Below, in pieces: positions 48,430 to 61,200 of a stretch of 64,000 nt of DNA. A model generated the notes under the pieces. It was given only the letters and a program-made list of their open reading frames with translations. It was not told the origin of the DNA and did no database searches. The position numbers and the translations under genes are program-made. How positions within the stretch are numbered: position 1 is the stretch's first letter; every line of letters begins with the position of its first letter. Source of the stretch: Camelus dromedarius (taxonomy: Eukaryota); the NCBI RefSeq assembly GCF_036321535.1, contig NC_087447.1, positions 45,880,001 through 45,944,000 on the forward strand, in the 5' to 3' direction.

Positions 48430-48736
48430 CATTTCCATAATTACTCATCCAAAATCCTTGGAATTGAATTCAGAATTTTTTATACTTTAAAAAGATCCTA
48501 TAACCCTTGAGGAATTATCCTGTATTCTAGCACAACTATATCACTGAAATCAAATGTGTTAATATTCACTCAGTGGGAAATAAATAATGACCATAAATAT
48601 AGTCATAGCGGTTCATGTTAGCTTTATTGTTTGCTACCAATATATTTTCATATCAGATTTGTGAAAATGAAAAAAAAAGGACATGTTTTTCCAGTTGTTT
48701 TTAAACTTATGAATTGTGAATAGCAGTATGGATCCT
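48430..48736 (+). mobile_element. MER46C-like (TcMar-Tigger) relic
   Basis: gaattcagaatttttt...aatattcactcagtgggaaataaat...gaattgtgaatagcagtatggatcct. Confidence 0.6.
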
Positions 48737-50970
48737 CAAAGAAAAAATTTTAGAAAGGTCTTCCAAAGAAGCAATTAAAAAGCCATGGATATTGTTGAAA
48801 ACTGGTGAGGGAAATTTTGATGGTTAGATTAGGGTGCGGCCTGGGCTGTATTCTCTGCCACAGGTTGGTTGCAGGCTTAGAGTCTCTGCTGTAGTGTGAT
48901 ACTCTGTAAGGAAAATTATTTTTTCTTCCCTGTTTCATAGTTCTTCCTTTCTATTGGCCTTTCTTAGCTGCTATATAAGCCTCCTTTCTTCTCTAGGTGC
49001 AGTAATGTCTGGGCTCAAAACCATAAATGCTGAAAAATATCATTTGGCATTTTATGTCATTTCCTGGAGTCCTCAGAGAGTACCATGTAACCTCATCTAT
49101 AAAATGTCCAATTTTGTGAGCATTTTCTCTGCCTCACCCTTATCCTTCCAACCTTTATCTAACTTCACATATTGAAATTTATAAATTCTTTTACTTAAGT
49201 GTCTTTCCTTAAGATGGTTTTATTTTGGGCTTACTAATAGGCTGCTTGACTAATAAAAGTCTTCTATCCTTAATCCTTTTTCTGCAACAAGGTATAGACG
49301 TTCTATGTCTATAGCTAGATGCATCTTGTGACTCTTAAACTTTTACATAATAGTTGTATTTTATTCTGTTGAAGGAGTTAGAACCAAAGAGACACTTATT
49401 AGGCAGCAACATGAGCACAGAGAATTGAAATCCGAAATACTGAATTGTGATATAATGAAATACAAAGACTTCCCACAAAGTGCATGAGGCCAAGAGAGGT
49501 TCTGGTTGTGATACTGGCCTTGGAGGCTCAAAAACTGAGTGTTATTTCCAATTGCAGTACTTTCTGGATGGCCATACATTGGTCTTTCTCCACTTAAAAT
49601 ACTGGCTTCTGCCACACGCATGTGTGATGTTTAACCTACCCCAGGGAGATAGCAAAGAACCCAAATATGCTGTATAAAAGAGAAAACCATACAAATAAGG
49701 TTCACAATAAACAGTACGTGGATATTACTGTTAAGGATTAGAGAAAAGGGGATTGGGGCTTAGGCAAAGCAGAGTCACGGATTTGTCAGTGCTTGAGCTG
49801 AGCAGAAAACCAAGGCAAAGAAACCAGAATTTATGTGTTCCCTGACCACTGGGAATAAGAAGTTGATATAGGGAGAGGAGACAGGTGGCTCTGATCAGAA
49901 TATCTGCTTGGTCCATGGAGCTCAAATATGAATTTCTGAGGGGAACTGAAATTTCATAACTCTGTGTATGAAATAGAAGTTAGGAGAAGTCTCCTAATTT
50001 CCTGTCAACCCTGTCCTGAGGTTACTTCTTCACAAAATAACTATTGTTAATAGAGGTAATCCAAAGATTTCATATTAAAAAGCATCAAAATCACTGTGCA
50101 ATTCTATAGTAACAATTACACCAAAAGTTCGAGGAACCTAACAGCTAGGTAAAATATTAACTCAAGAAACAGGGGCAAATGGAGAAAAGGTACAGTCCTT
50201 AGGCAGAGTCGACACTGAAGAGGGGCTCTGGGATCAGAATCAGAGCAGTAAGGCTATCTAGGCAATGGGAAAAATTATAACAAGCAATGTGTGATCTTAT
50301 AAATTGGATTCATTGGAGGCATAACAAATAGCGATTAGAACTGGGAAAGTTTCACTTTTGCTAAAGAGGAAAAGGATTAAAGAGAAAAAAAACCAGAGAT
50401 TCAGGGAGTGTATCCCTAAGGAGGCAGGGCTCTCTAGAGGTGATTCTAGGAAATGAAACCACGTGCAGAATTTCCCAGAACTTTAAATTACAAATCTCTA
50501 TATGTGAGCCCTTGCTCACACGTGTAACCCTTCCGTCTATGAGCTTAGGGAAAAAAATTTCTTCAATCCCCCCTGGGAAATTTGACCACAGAAATAAATG
50601 ATTTTGTTCAGCTGAGTGCAAAAATAAAATTATTGGCATTTGTTTTGGGTCTAAGAACTACCTTTTTTAAAGCAGATAATTCAATTGTTTACCTGGAATG
50701 AAATGATCTTATTGTGCTTTTAATATGCACAGGTGCTCATGTAATTGTTTTAAATGTTTGAGGGACATATACATAATTAATCTGGTTTTGAATTGTTGTT
50801 GGTTCACTTGTTTGAACTTTTTGATAAACGTAGGGGAAAATTATTCTCATTTTCTTGCTCCTATAATTTAATTGAGATTGTCTTAGTAACCACAATGTCT
50901 AAGGGTGACATGGACACAGATCCCTCTCCTATGTAATTATAATTTATGTGCTGACATAATTTTCTCTCCT

Positions 50971-51954
50971 TCAATCCCACGGTCCTCTAAGATGCCTCAA
51001 CTGGCGGCCCCGTGAACCTTTAGAGTGAAGCAGCTGGAGCATGGCCTGGCGAATGGTCTTGGTCTTCAAGCTGTAAATGATAGGGTTCAGTACAGGTGGT
51101 AAGAGCAAGTAAATATTGGCCAAAATGCTACAGATCACCCTTGGAGTGGAGTTAAGGAGGCGGTGTGTAAAGGACAGGCTGATCATTGGCACATAGAAAA
51201 CAGTGACAGCACAGATGTGACAGACACAAGTGTTGAGAGCTTTTTGTTGCTTCTTAGGGGCCACGATGCTCAGGATAGTGCGGATAATCAGGACATAGGA
51301 GAAGAGGATGAACAGTAAGTCAGTACCAGTCAGGTAGAGCTGGAGAAACATGCCCAAAAAGCTGCTGAGCCAGGAGTTGGAATATGTGTATCTGATTATA
51401 TCTGGGTGGTAACAAAAAGGATGGGCAAGTTCTTGGCCTCCATGGAAAGCTACACCCTTCAAGGCTAGAACCACAGGAAAGATGTAAATTACTTGCCGCA
51501 GGCAGATGACCAGTCCAATCACCATGATTATCCTGTCTTTGAGGACAGTGGTATATTTCAGAGGGTTACAGATAGCCATGAACCGGTCAAAGGCCATGAC
51601 TGCAAGCACTGAGGACTCCAGGAAGGAGAAGGCATGTACAAAGAACATTTGAGTGAGGCAGGCTTTAAAACTGATCTCCCGGGCATGAAACCAGAGAACT
51701 CCAAGCACAGTGGGGAGGGTTGAGATGGCCAGACACAGATCAGCGGCTGACAGCATGGAGAGGAAGTAGTACATGGGTTTGTGGAGACGCCGCTCAACAG
51801 CGATGACTAACAGGATCGAGCTATTTCCCAAAAGAGCAATGATGTAGAGACAGCAGACAGGGATGGAGATCCAGACGTGAGCAAGTTCCATCCCAGGGAA
51901 TGCAGTGAGGAGGAATGAGGAGGAGGAGGATGTGGTATTATTGAAAATTGCCAT
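50971..51954 (-). CDS. OR51T1: Olfactory receptor 51T1 (327 aa from MAIFNNTT, intact)
   Basis: MAIFNNTTSSS, FHGGQELAHPFCYHP, KKQQKAL, STPRV and KTKTIRQAM match recalled human OR51T1; strong Kozak (acaccATGG) at 51954; track start 52008 lies beyond the acceptor at 51974-51976. Confidence 0.92.
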   Translation of the reverse strand: MAIFNNTTSSSSSFLLTAFPGMELAHVWISIPVCCLYIIALLGNSSILLVIAVERRLHKPMYYFLSMLSAADLCLAISTLPTVLGVLWFHAREISFKACLTQMFFVHAFSFLESSVLAVMAFDRFMAICNPLKYTTVLKDRIIMVIGLVICLRQVIYIFPVVLALKGVAFHGGQELAHPFCYHPDIIRYTYSNSWLSSFLGMFLQLYLTGTDLLFILFSYVLIIRTILSIVAPKKQQKALNTCVCHICAVTVFYVPMISLSFTHRLLNSTPRVICSILANIYLLLPPVLNPIIYSLKTKTIRQAMLQLLHSKGSRGRQLRHLRGPWD

Positions 51955-51973
51955 GGTGTGCTGAGGACACACC

Positions 51974-53167
51974 CTGAAAAGAGAGACAACAATTATCGTA
52001 TTTGTCATATCGATCCTTTTTTCAAGAACTAACTCTTTTATAAACTCTTTCCAAATTACACAATGTTTCTTATATTCAAAATCCCCAATTTAATTAAGGT
52101 AGCTATCACCTAAGTCTATAGTATTTTGAATTTTTCTTGTCAGAGCTGGTCCGTTTTTCTTCCTCTACCCTATCCCAATTCTAACATTAATCTCTCTAGG
52201 CTCATCCCCACCCTATTGCCCAGACTAACTGTGACTCAAAGTAGCAAATGCTTATAGACTTATGCCACACACGTGCACAAACATCAATAAAACAACTGCT
52301 ATTACAACTGTTGGGTCTTTGTATGAAATCTGCAAGCTATATTATTTGCTTCAGAAATAATGGAGAAGCGCTTAAGAGCCACTGGGCACCTTTGATAGCA
52401 TCCTTCATAATGTTCTTGCTGGATGGTGGCCTGGGATATTGTATCCAGAAATATCGTTGTACATGAATCATTAGCGATTCTCTCCCTGTAGATTCCAGAT
52501 CTACCCAGCTCAATAACTCAGTGATCCAAAGGTTAGCATCTCTGGTTACTGGCATCAGTAAGGTATAGACCCATTCTCTTCATTTACCAATCCCCACCTT
52601 CTGTTCATTTCTCAACACTGAAATTTATTCTCTCTGCAAACTGGATCCTGCCCTGACAGCTCCAGGCTTATTAACCTGAAACTTCCCCTCTGCTTCTAAA
52701 CCTCTGCACCTCTTTATGCTTGGATCTTTCATTTGACACAATAATGAGGCACAGTTGATATTGGTAACTTATACATGCAAACACCATCTCCTTTTTCTGC
52801 CTGGAGTGTGAGTTCCTTAAAAGTCTGGATGTGCCTGTTTTTCTTCTCTCAGTGCCAGCTACTAAAGAAGGATCTGGAATAATAGAAATCTTCAATTAAT
52901 GTTAACTGCTTTCTGAATGATCTTGGCCACTGGGAGAGAGTTCTGAGTTCTGTCTCTTTTTCTCTTCCTTCCTCTCTTCCATTCCCTCACGTCCTCCATC
53001 TCCCTGTCTCAATTTCTTCTAGGCTCCTTGGAACCCCTCTATTTCAGGCACCCCTCTATTTCTTCATCCCGCCTTATTGGTAGCCTCTGTCATTTCATTG
53101 CTCTTCTCCTTTCTCACTTTTTAATCCCTTCCCCATCTGTTCCTTTCCATTTATGCACTCTTCTTAC
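51974..53167 (-). other. Predicted 5' UTR intron of OR51T1
   Basis: Consensus donor CAG|GTAAGA at 53168/53167 and acceptor ttgttgtctctcttttcag|g at 51974, both on the minus strand. Confidence 0.5.
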
Positions 53168-54987
53168 CTGCTCACGTTGGCAGGAAATACCACCAACTTC
53201 TCTGCAGTACTGCCGCAGACCTTGGAGACTAAGCCGGCTCCCAAGAGTGGAGGCTTTATAGAAAGCTTAGTAGAGTCACCAGGCAACAGAGGGCTATCTT
53301 CATTAGAGAGTGTACTGGTTGGATCAAGAGTTATGGCGCCCATAAAAATATGTTCCTCTCCAACAGCTCAGACACATCTCCCTGACACAGCTTCAGACCT
53401 GCTTCCGGGCCCAAGCAGACCCCATACATCAGGGGCTGTAAGCAAAGCCCGGGCCCTGGGGGCTGACAGTAATGGGTATCTTCAAACACTGCCTGCCTGG
53501 GTCAGATAACTACAACCATTCCTCTTCACCCCGCCTTAGGCTACCCATTCTCAGCCAGGGAGGCTTCCTGAATGTCAGAGCAGGATCAGGAGAGTGCACA
53601 GAGTCATCCTTCTGTTCTCAGCTCCAGCATGTACTTTTCCTAACAAGTCTCACTGTCCTCCTTGCCAGTCCCATGTTCCTCCTCCTACCCAGGAACCCTT
53701 TCTAAGAAGCCACCTTATTAATGGAGTCACAGCTGCAGCCCACCTACCCTTGTACGCATAATTCAACTAGCATTTGATGAACTCATGATGTGTGCCAAAA
53801 ATCACACTACACTCTTGAAATACATTGTTGTATTTTGTATATTCATTTATCATCATGCTTATGGGTTAAGTATTGTTATCCACTATTTCACAGGTGAGGA
53901 AATTGAAACTCAGAATAGTCTTGAATAACTGTACCCTTCGAAGAGTTAGCAAGTTACACAGCTGGTATTCAAGCCCTTATTCTAAACCTCTTAATCTTAA
54001 CCAATATGCTATACCCCCTTCCATGGCCAACTGCTCCCACTCATACCTTCAGAAGATGTGGCTGTAACCCATGGTCTTCAATCTATCCATCCCGTAGAGT
54101 GCTTGATTCCCAACTACATGCTCACATTCTGGTTTTAGCCTCATGTGGACCAGAGTCCATCTCTCCATAGTAGGCAGTACATTAATAATTCTTACTGTAT
54201 CTAATGATCCCTGACTTTTTATCCTTCTCGAAACACTTTCCATCCATATTTTTGTTATATCCTTATCAGACACACTGAGCAAAGATGCCTGTCTCAATGA
54301 GTATCTAGAGAGATTAAGTAACCAAAAAAGTATGCAGCAAGTAATGTTTAGATTCATATGTAAATACCATCCTTTTCCACTGGTTCTCATTAGTGAAAAT
54401 GAGTGGCTCTGGAAATGTCAAATGAGACTTACTAATATTAAATGAGACAGAAGAGTCAGGAAGTATGAGATCAATCTTGAAAAAATACAGTTTTCACTCA
54501 CTCGTTACTTCAAGTACATATAGAGTATCTACCATATCTTCTGAACTATTTTAAGTACAAACTTGGAATAGACTAATGTAATATAAAAAGTCTCTGTTCT
54601 TATGAAGTATATAGAATAGCAGGGAAGACATACTGTTAGGTAACTATAGTATACACACTGTGAGAAACTCTAACATAATAAAGGGCATGTCAGAAAAGTG
54701 TCCTGAATAGAAATAAAGTTGAAATTGAAATCTAAAACTTATATAGAGATCCATATTTTTCCAGCTCACTGAATGCACCATTCTCTCTTACTTTTCACTT
54801 GCTATTTTCTTTTTAATATTCTTCTCTCCTGCTGCTAGCCCATTACACATGCATACCGTATTTTTATAAAATGTCCTCAAAGAACATATAAATAAATGCA
54901 AAAGGCAAAAAAAAAAAAAGTCCTATGTTCAGCATTGAATACCAGAGTGATTATAATGGAACAAAAACAATCTGGGAACTTTTTCTT

Positions 54988-55345
54988 GAATAAGTTGTTA
55001 AAGAATGGTATATAATGGAATACTACTCAGAAATGAAAATAAACTACCAATATACACAACAATATGGGTGAATCTCAAATGCATTACACTCAGAAGCCAG
55101 ACATAGAAAACTACAAATTGCAGGGTCCATGACTCTCTGGAAAAAGAAGTATAGGCATGGAAAACAAATCAGTGCTTCTTGGGGTTGGCATGAATAGAGA
55201 GGTTGACTACAAAGCATTAGCATGAGGGAGTTTAGGGGGCTGATGTTATTTTTCTATATCTTTGTGTCAGTGATGGTTACTCTGCATTTGTGAAAACTTA
55301 AAAGAACTATATACAAAACCAGTGAATTTTATTTCATATAAATGT
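54988..55345 (+). mobile_element. L1MB/L1MC 3' end
   Basis: aatggaatactactcag...gggtgaatctcaaatgcattac...gcatttgtgaaaact...gtgaattttattt. Confidence 0.7.
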
Positions 55346-55455
55346 TGAAAAGTTGTTATATACTGTTTCGAGAAAATTCATATTTTATCAAGCTAAGAAA
55401 AATTATTGCTTTCATCAAAACGATTATGCAATGGCATATCATACCCATTAGATTT

Positions 55456-55664
55456 GTACTGTTCAATACAGTAGCTACTAGCTACGTGTGATGTTTAAAT
55501 TTACATTTCAGTTAATTAAAATTAAACTTTAAAAATTCAGTTCCTTGGTTGCACTAGCCAAGTTTCAAGTGTTCAATAGCCACATGAAGCTCTTGGTTAC
55601 AATATTAAACAACAGAGATTTGGAACATTTGCATCACTGAAGGAATTTCTATTGGACAGAGCTG
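55456..55664 (-). mobile_element. MER3 (hAT-Charlie)
   Basis: cagtagctactagctac...aaaattcagttcc...gcactagcca.gtttcaagtgttcaatagccacatg...ttctattggacagagctg. Confidence 0.8.
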
Positions 55665-55718
55665 TATTTGATTATCTTTTCTAACTTGACTGTATTTGCA
55701 CAGAAGTTGTAAACGCCA

Positions 55719-56650
55719 TTAGAAGCCAGTCCTGCCTCCACTGAACACTTGGGCAATTCGCTGCTGGATCTCCTTGGTCCTAACACTGTAGACAACAGGA
55801 TTGAGCACAGGAGGTACCAGCAGGTAGATACTGGCCATGACCGTGTGTACTACTGGTGACAAATGCTTCTCCAAGCAGTGACTCAGAATCATGCCAATGA
55901 GAGGTACATAGAAGAGCAGCAATGCACAGATATGAGAGAGGCAGGTATTGAGAGCTTTGAGTCTCTCTTGCCAGGAAGCAATGCCCAATACTGCCTGGAG
56001 GATTAGAAAGTAGAAACCAAAAGGATCAAGGCATCCAGTGCAATGATGAAGATCACAGCCAGAGGGCATAGATGCTATTGATATAGGTGGAGGATGCTAT
56101 TGATATGGGTGGAGGCAGTATGCATGGGAGAGGATGTTGGAGTGGCAGAGAGGTAGGCTTTTGATGAGGAAAGGCACTGAGAGCACAGCTCCCACACTCC
56201 ACAGCAGGACGGCTGCTCCAATCTTGCTGATGACTCCATGAGTGAAAATGGTAGCACAATGCAGAAGAAAGTGAATATCCACAAAACAATCAAAGGCCAT
56301 AGCCACCAGAACACCTGATTCCCAAAGGTGTGGGAAAAGAACATTTGAGTGGTGCAGGCATCAAGGGTTACTGAGCACCAGTTGAACCAGCGGACCCTGA
56401 TCATGGTGGGCATGGAAGACGACGAAAGGCTGAGGTAAGTGGCAGCTAGCATAGCCAGAAAATAACACATGAGCTCATGGAAACTTCGCTCAACTTTGAT
56501 GACAACAAGGATGATGACATTACCCAGAAATGTGAAACCGTAATGAAGACAGAGGAGCAAGGCCAACCAGAAGTCCTTCTCGGGCATTCCTGGAATCCCA
56601 GTCAGCATGCAGATCTAATGATTGTCAGCAGTTTGGTTGAATGGCAACAT
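55719..56650 (-). pseudogene. OR51H-like olfactory receptor pseudogene
   Basis: ATG at 56650 gives MLPFNQTADNH* (TAG 56615-56617), then LTGIPGMPEKDFW. Frameshift near 56320 (HTFG/ESGVL), MAFDCF, ECL2 deletion plus 22-bp duplication, further 1-bp losses in TM5. 3' part reads KALNTCLSH...PPVLNPVVY. TGIPG.P.K..W N-terminus resembles OR51H1. Confidence 0.88.
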
Positions 56651-56959
56651 AGTGGAGTGGAGGTTTGACTAGGGAAAAATAAAAACTCATTAAGTCAAAC
56701 AGTTTCAATTAGAATCAGTGACAATAAGTATTGAGATGGTAACCATAAGAAAGAGTGACTTAAACATTATTTTGACACATGTCAGTGTCTGATACAGAAA
56801 CTGACGCCCCACCCCCATAAAGCAATAATTCTGTTACTGACAGTCATATGGTAAAATGTCCAGGAGAATGGAAAAAAAAAAAAACCTTCAATCCCCTAAA
56901 AGGGATATAATTCATGTAGAAACATCAAGGAGTTAACTGTCTTGCCTCTGTGCTAAGGA

Positions 56960-57085
56960 AAAATTTGATGCTATATAAAACAGAAACAGACTCACAGACT
57001 TAGAAAACAAACGTATGGTTACCAAGGGGAAAGGTGTGGGGGAGGGATAAATTGGGAGTATGGGATTTGCAGATACTAACTACTG
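56960..57085 (+). mobile_element. Young L1 3' UTR fragment abutting a partial MER3/MER33 (57090-57240)
   Basis: aaacagaaacagactcacagacttagaaaacaaac.tatggttaccaagggg...ggagggataaattggga. Confidence 0.8.
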
Positions 57086-58674
57086 TTTACACTTACATTA
57101 ATTAAACGAATTAAAATGTCAGTACCTTAGCTGCTGTAGCTGTGTTTCAAGTGTTCAATAGCTACATCAGGCTAGTGACTACTTCCCTGGAAAAATACAG
57201 ATGTAGAACGTTTCCATTACTTCAGAAAATTCTATTGAAATTTAAAAATTTGGTCATGCAGACTGCAGATTATAGGATACCAACATTCTAGTGACCTCTT
57301 GACAAATCTTAGACCCAAGTGGATTTGAGGGTTTTTCACTTATATACTGTATAACTTCTGTTTCTCTTTACCAGTATGTCTTTGTCTCTCTTTTGGAAAT
57401 TTGAATAGGAAAATAGCATTAAAACTGAACCCAGGAGAGTGACCACCTGGGTTTGAATCCTAGCTCTATGACCTTGGACACGTTACTTAATTTCTATGCT
57501 TTATTCCTCACCTTTTTAAATAAAAATGAAAATAGTAGCTACCATGGGATAGTTAAGAGTACTCATTAGAGATATTCATAGGGCATTTAGTTAAGCATCC
57601 GCCAAATAATAAACACAGTAAAGTTTAGCTATAATCAATGATCATCTATTATCTATAAACTTTGTAATGTTTGGTTCACTGTGAAAATTCTCTCTCAAAA
57701 TATTGATAGGCCATGAAATTTATTTACATACTGATAACTGTAACTGCCTACCCATATATTATATATTTTGATTAAATTCTATATTACCTAAATATCTCTA
57801 TACATCAGTGAACACTAAATATCAGTGGCTTGCCAGTGGTAGTTGTTGTAGTGCTCAGGGTGGTGGTCTGTGCTCAGTGACTCAGCATGTAAACATGAAT
57901 GTTTACTGTAAAAGATTTATTGGAAGAAGATCCTAGATAAATCAGAGATGAAAAAATGATATACTGGTAGGAGTCATGGGTAGTGAAAATCAGTAAGAGG
58001 ATGAAAAGGAACGGAACACTGATTCCAAAGAATTAAGACCACAAAAGAAAGACGACACTGACTATCTGAAGAGCTTCATCTAAAGACCAAGACAGCTCTA
58101 CCAGAATTCAAAGACGAGGATGGCAAAGGAGGCTCTTAATTCCTTAAGAGGAGTGCTATCATGAACTCAGATGCACTCAGGAAAGGATTTTCACTTCTAA
58201 GTAATTTATTGATTAATAATTTTGCTGAATGCCTACTAAGTACTAGACGTGTTATGATAGTCAGAGGGTCAAAAGGAGCAACATTTTTCCTTCTAAGACC
58301 CTTAGCAAAGAACACATGGAAAACAAGATCAGAAAGAGGAATGAAATGTGTGCCTGGGGTAGAACACAGACATGCTTTACAGATGGGTCAGTATGTTCAG
58401 CTTGTATCCTCAGCTGGACTCGGGTTAACGCTATCTCTGTCAATTCTAGTGACAGACAGTGCAGACCAAGCCTAAACTTTCCTCCCGGCAAAAAGACAGA
58501 AGCTCTGTGGCTTAAGAAGAGTGTGGAGGGATGGAGGTGGAGGAAAAGAGGGCAGTGAGAGTCTTTCTCTTCTACCTGCTACAGAAGTATCTGTCATTCA
58601 ATGTTCTCTTCCACCCAGGCAGCCAGGTGGAAGGGCTATTCTCTAAAGGACTGGCCTGAGCAATCTATGCTTTT

Positions 58675-59373
58675 TTTAAATTGAAGTATATTTGATTTAC
58701 AGTGTGTGTTAGTTTAGGTATCTAGGATAGGATAGATGTATAGAAGAGTGATTAAGTTATACAATATATCCTTTTTCATTATAGGCCATTACAAGATACT
58801 GAATATAGTTCCCTGTTCTATACAGTAGACCTTGTTGTTTATCTATTTTATATATAGTAGTTAGTATCTGCAAATCCCAAACTCCTAATTTATACCTTTC
58901 CTCCCTTTCCCCTTTGGTAACCATAAGTTTGTTTTATATGTCTATGAGTTTATTTCTTTTTCATAAATAAGTTCGTGTCATTTTTTTTAGATTACACAGA
59001 AAGTGATATCGTANNNNNNNNNNNNNNNNNNNNNNNNNNNNNNNNNNNNNNNNNNNNNNNNNNNNNNNNNNNNNNNNNNNNNNNNNNNNNNNNNNNNNNN
59101 NNNNNNNNNNNNNNNNNNNNNNNNNNNNNNNNNNNNNNNNNNNNNNNNNNNNNNNNNNNNNNNNNNNNNNNNNNNNNNNNNNNNNNNNNNNNNNNNNNNN
59201 NNNNNNNNNNNNNNNNNNNNNNNNNNNNNNNNNNNNNNNNNNNTTTTCAAATTAGAGTTCTCTCTAGATATATGCCCAGAAGTGGGATTTCTGGATCATA
59301 TGGTAAGTCTATTTTTAGTTTTTTAAGGAATATCCATACTGTTTTCCATAGTGTATGCACCAAGTTACTCAGC
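58675..59373 (-). mobile_element. Young 5'-truncated L1 with imperfect TSD; internal N gap 59014-59243
   Basis: Poly-T then aattgaagtatattgatttac...; ctat[g/a]ctttt at 58665-58674 and 59374-59383, followed by AAA. Confidence 0.85.
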
Positions 59374-60649
59374 CTATACTTTTAAAGTGTCTTAGCTTCA
59401 GGCTGAAGCCGAGTTCTGGCTCCTTGGATTTGTCCTCTGTAGGAGCCATGGGCTAGTCTCTCACTTGGAGAAGGCATGTATTTGCTATTTGACTTGAGCT
59501 GGGACTTAGAAGGGAAGGGTAAAGTTTTAAGGGGCTTTTGTTGCTTCTCTAATTAGCCTTTGGTAAAATAACATACTCTTCACTTAATTCTCACAGCCAC
59601 AATTAGAAGTGTTATTTCTATTTTAATTTAAAAAAAGGGAAGAAATGAAAAAAAAAAAAACAATTCTTGCTGAGATTTCAGTGATTCTAGGCTTTTTATA
59701 GATACATAGAAATCACAAGCAGTAGCTTTATATGATGTCATAGGTGGACAATGGAAGGGATAATGGGCAGACATTTTAAATGATTTTAGTCCTTTAATAA
59801 TAAAAGCATGTACTATTTATTTAGTGCTTATTTATGTCACAGGCTTTGCTTTTAGCCCCTTTACATATTCTACCTCATTAAATAATCGTGAAAACTTTAT
59901 GAGGAAAGTACTGTTTATTATTGCCACTGTATTCATGAGTTAAAAAATAGGGTCAGATAAGTTAATTGACCCAAATTCCAAAACTGAAAGTGAGATTGAG
60001 GTGCTCTGATCATTGTATTTAAAAGTTCTATTTGTTCGTAAAGAAGAGGATTCACTTTTCAAATTCAAATTGCAGAACAAACAGCAAATTGGCCTCAACA
60101 GATCTGATCTCCTTCACTCCCACTACTCAATATTGATCTCTAAAGATTTTCTAAAAATGGCCCACACTACCATCCCCTCCATTCTGTGACAGCATCCTAC
60201 AAAAAGCACTGCCCAGGTCTCAGGTTGTTCTCCAACTCACCCAGATCTCAGTCTAAGAGATGAGAGCCATTTCTGATGCTGATAGCTACAGCAGTAGAGC
60301 CAGAGATTAAAAACCAGAAGCAGCTAGTCCAGAATTCCCTCCGGGGTGATCCTCTGGAGACAAGAGCATCAGTCTTGCTGGAGATGCTCCCAGAGCCAAA
60401 GACCATATAGATTCAGGCTTCTGGGCATATTGATTTTCTTTGTCTTGATCTCAAAGTTACCGTTGTTTTCCCTAATGCAAATCTGAATCAATCTCAGTCC
60501 TACATGAATGGTACTTCACTAGCTATATCAAAATACAAATATACTATACTGTCTAATCTTTGTCATTCTGTCTTTAAAAAAAAAGGAAAGAAGGAAGAAA
60601 GGAATAAGAAAAATGTAAAAGTAGAGCTCACTCTTATTTCCATGTATTG

Positions 60650-61200
60650 TCTCATTCTTTCCTCTGCTTCACAGTAAACACTGTGGTCTGTGGTCCCCGT
60701 TCCCACTTTTTCCTATTCTGTCCTCAGTTCACTTCAGTGAGAGTTCTTTCCCACTCCACTGAAACTGTCTTCGCAGATGTCACCCATGGCCTGCTTATTG
60801 CTAAACCCAGTTTAATAATTGCTAAACACTCCTCATCTTACTCTCCTTTGCAGAAAAATTAAATACAGTAGAAAATAGCTTCCACATTGAGTTACATTCT
60901 TATCTGTGTGGTTTTTTTTGTTTGTCTGTGTGTGTATGACACCATGATTTCCTCTGGCTTTAATTTCCACTCTTCAGTACCCTTGACAGTGTATCTCCTT
61001 CCTACATCACTAAATGCTGGTGTCCCTCTTATTTGATCTTTTCCCCTAAACTTTAATCTAGTTCCACTCTCCCACTGAGTGATATTGTCAAATCCCATTG
61101 TGCTAAATATTGTCTATACACTGATGACCTCCAAAAGTATTTTTTCAGGCCTGAATTCTGCCTTGATCACCAGATCAACTTCCTACTTGATAATTTCACT
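60650..61200 (+). mobile_element. L2 fragment
   Basis: cccactccactgaaactgtctt...gtcacccatggcct..ttattgctaaa...ttggttttcatgacacc-like...atacactgatgacctccaaa; strand is tentative. Confidence 0.6.

Noticed and set aside
51955-52008. N-terminal extension of OR51T1 (track start 52008)
   Set aside because: Lies beyond a strong acceptor at 51974-51976; the ATG at 51954 has a strong Kozak context
55456-57240. Same-orientation MER3 copies flanking the pseudogene, as a composite transposon
   Set aside because: MER3 is ancient and abundant, the copies are diverged, there is no shared TSD, and the gene is in its expected syntenic position
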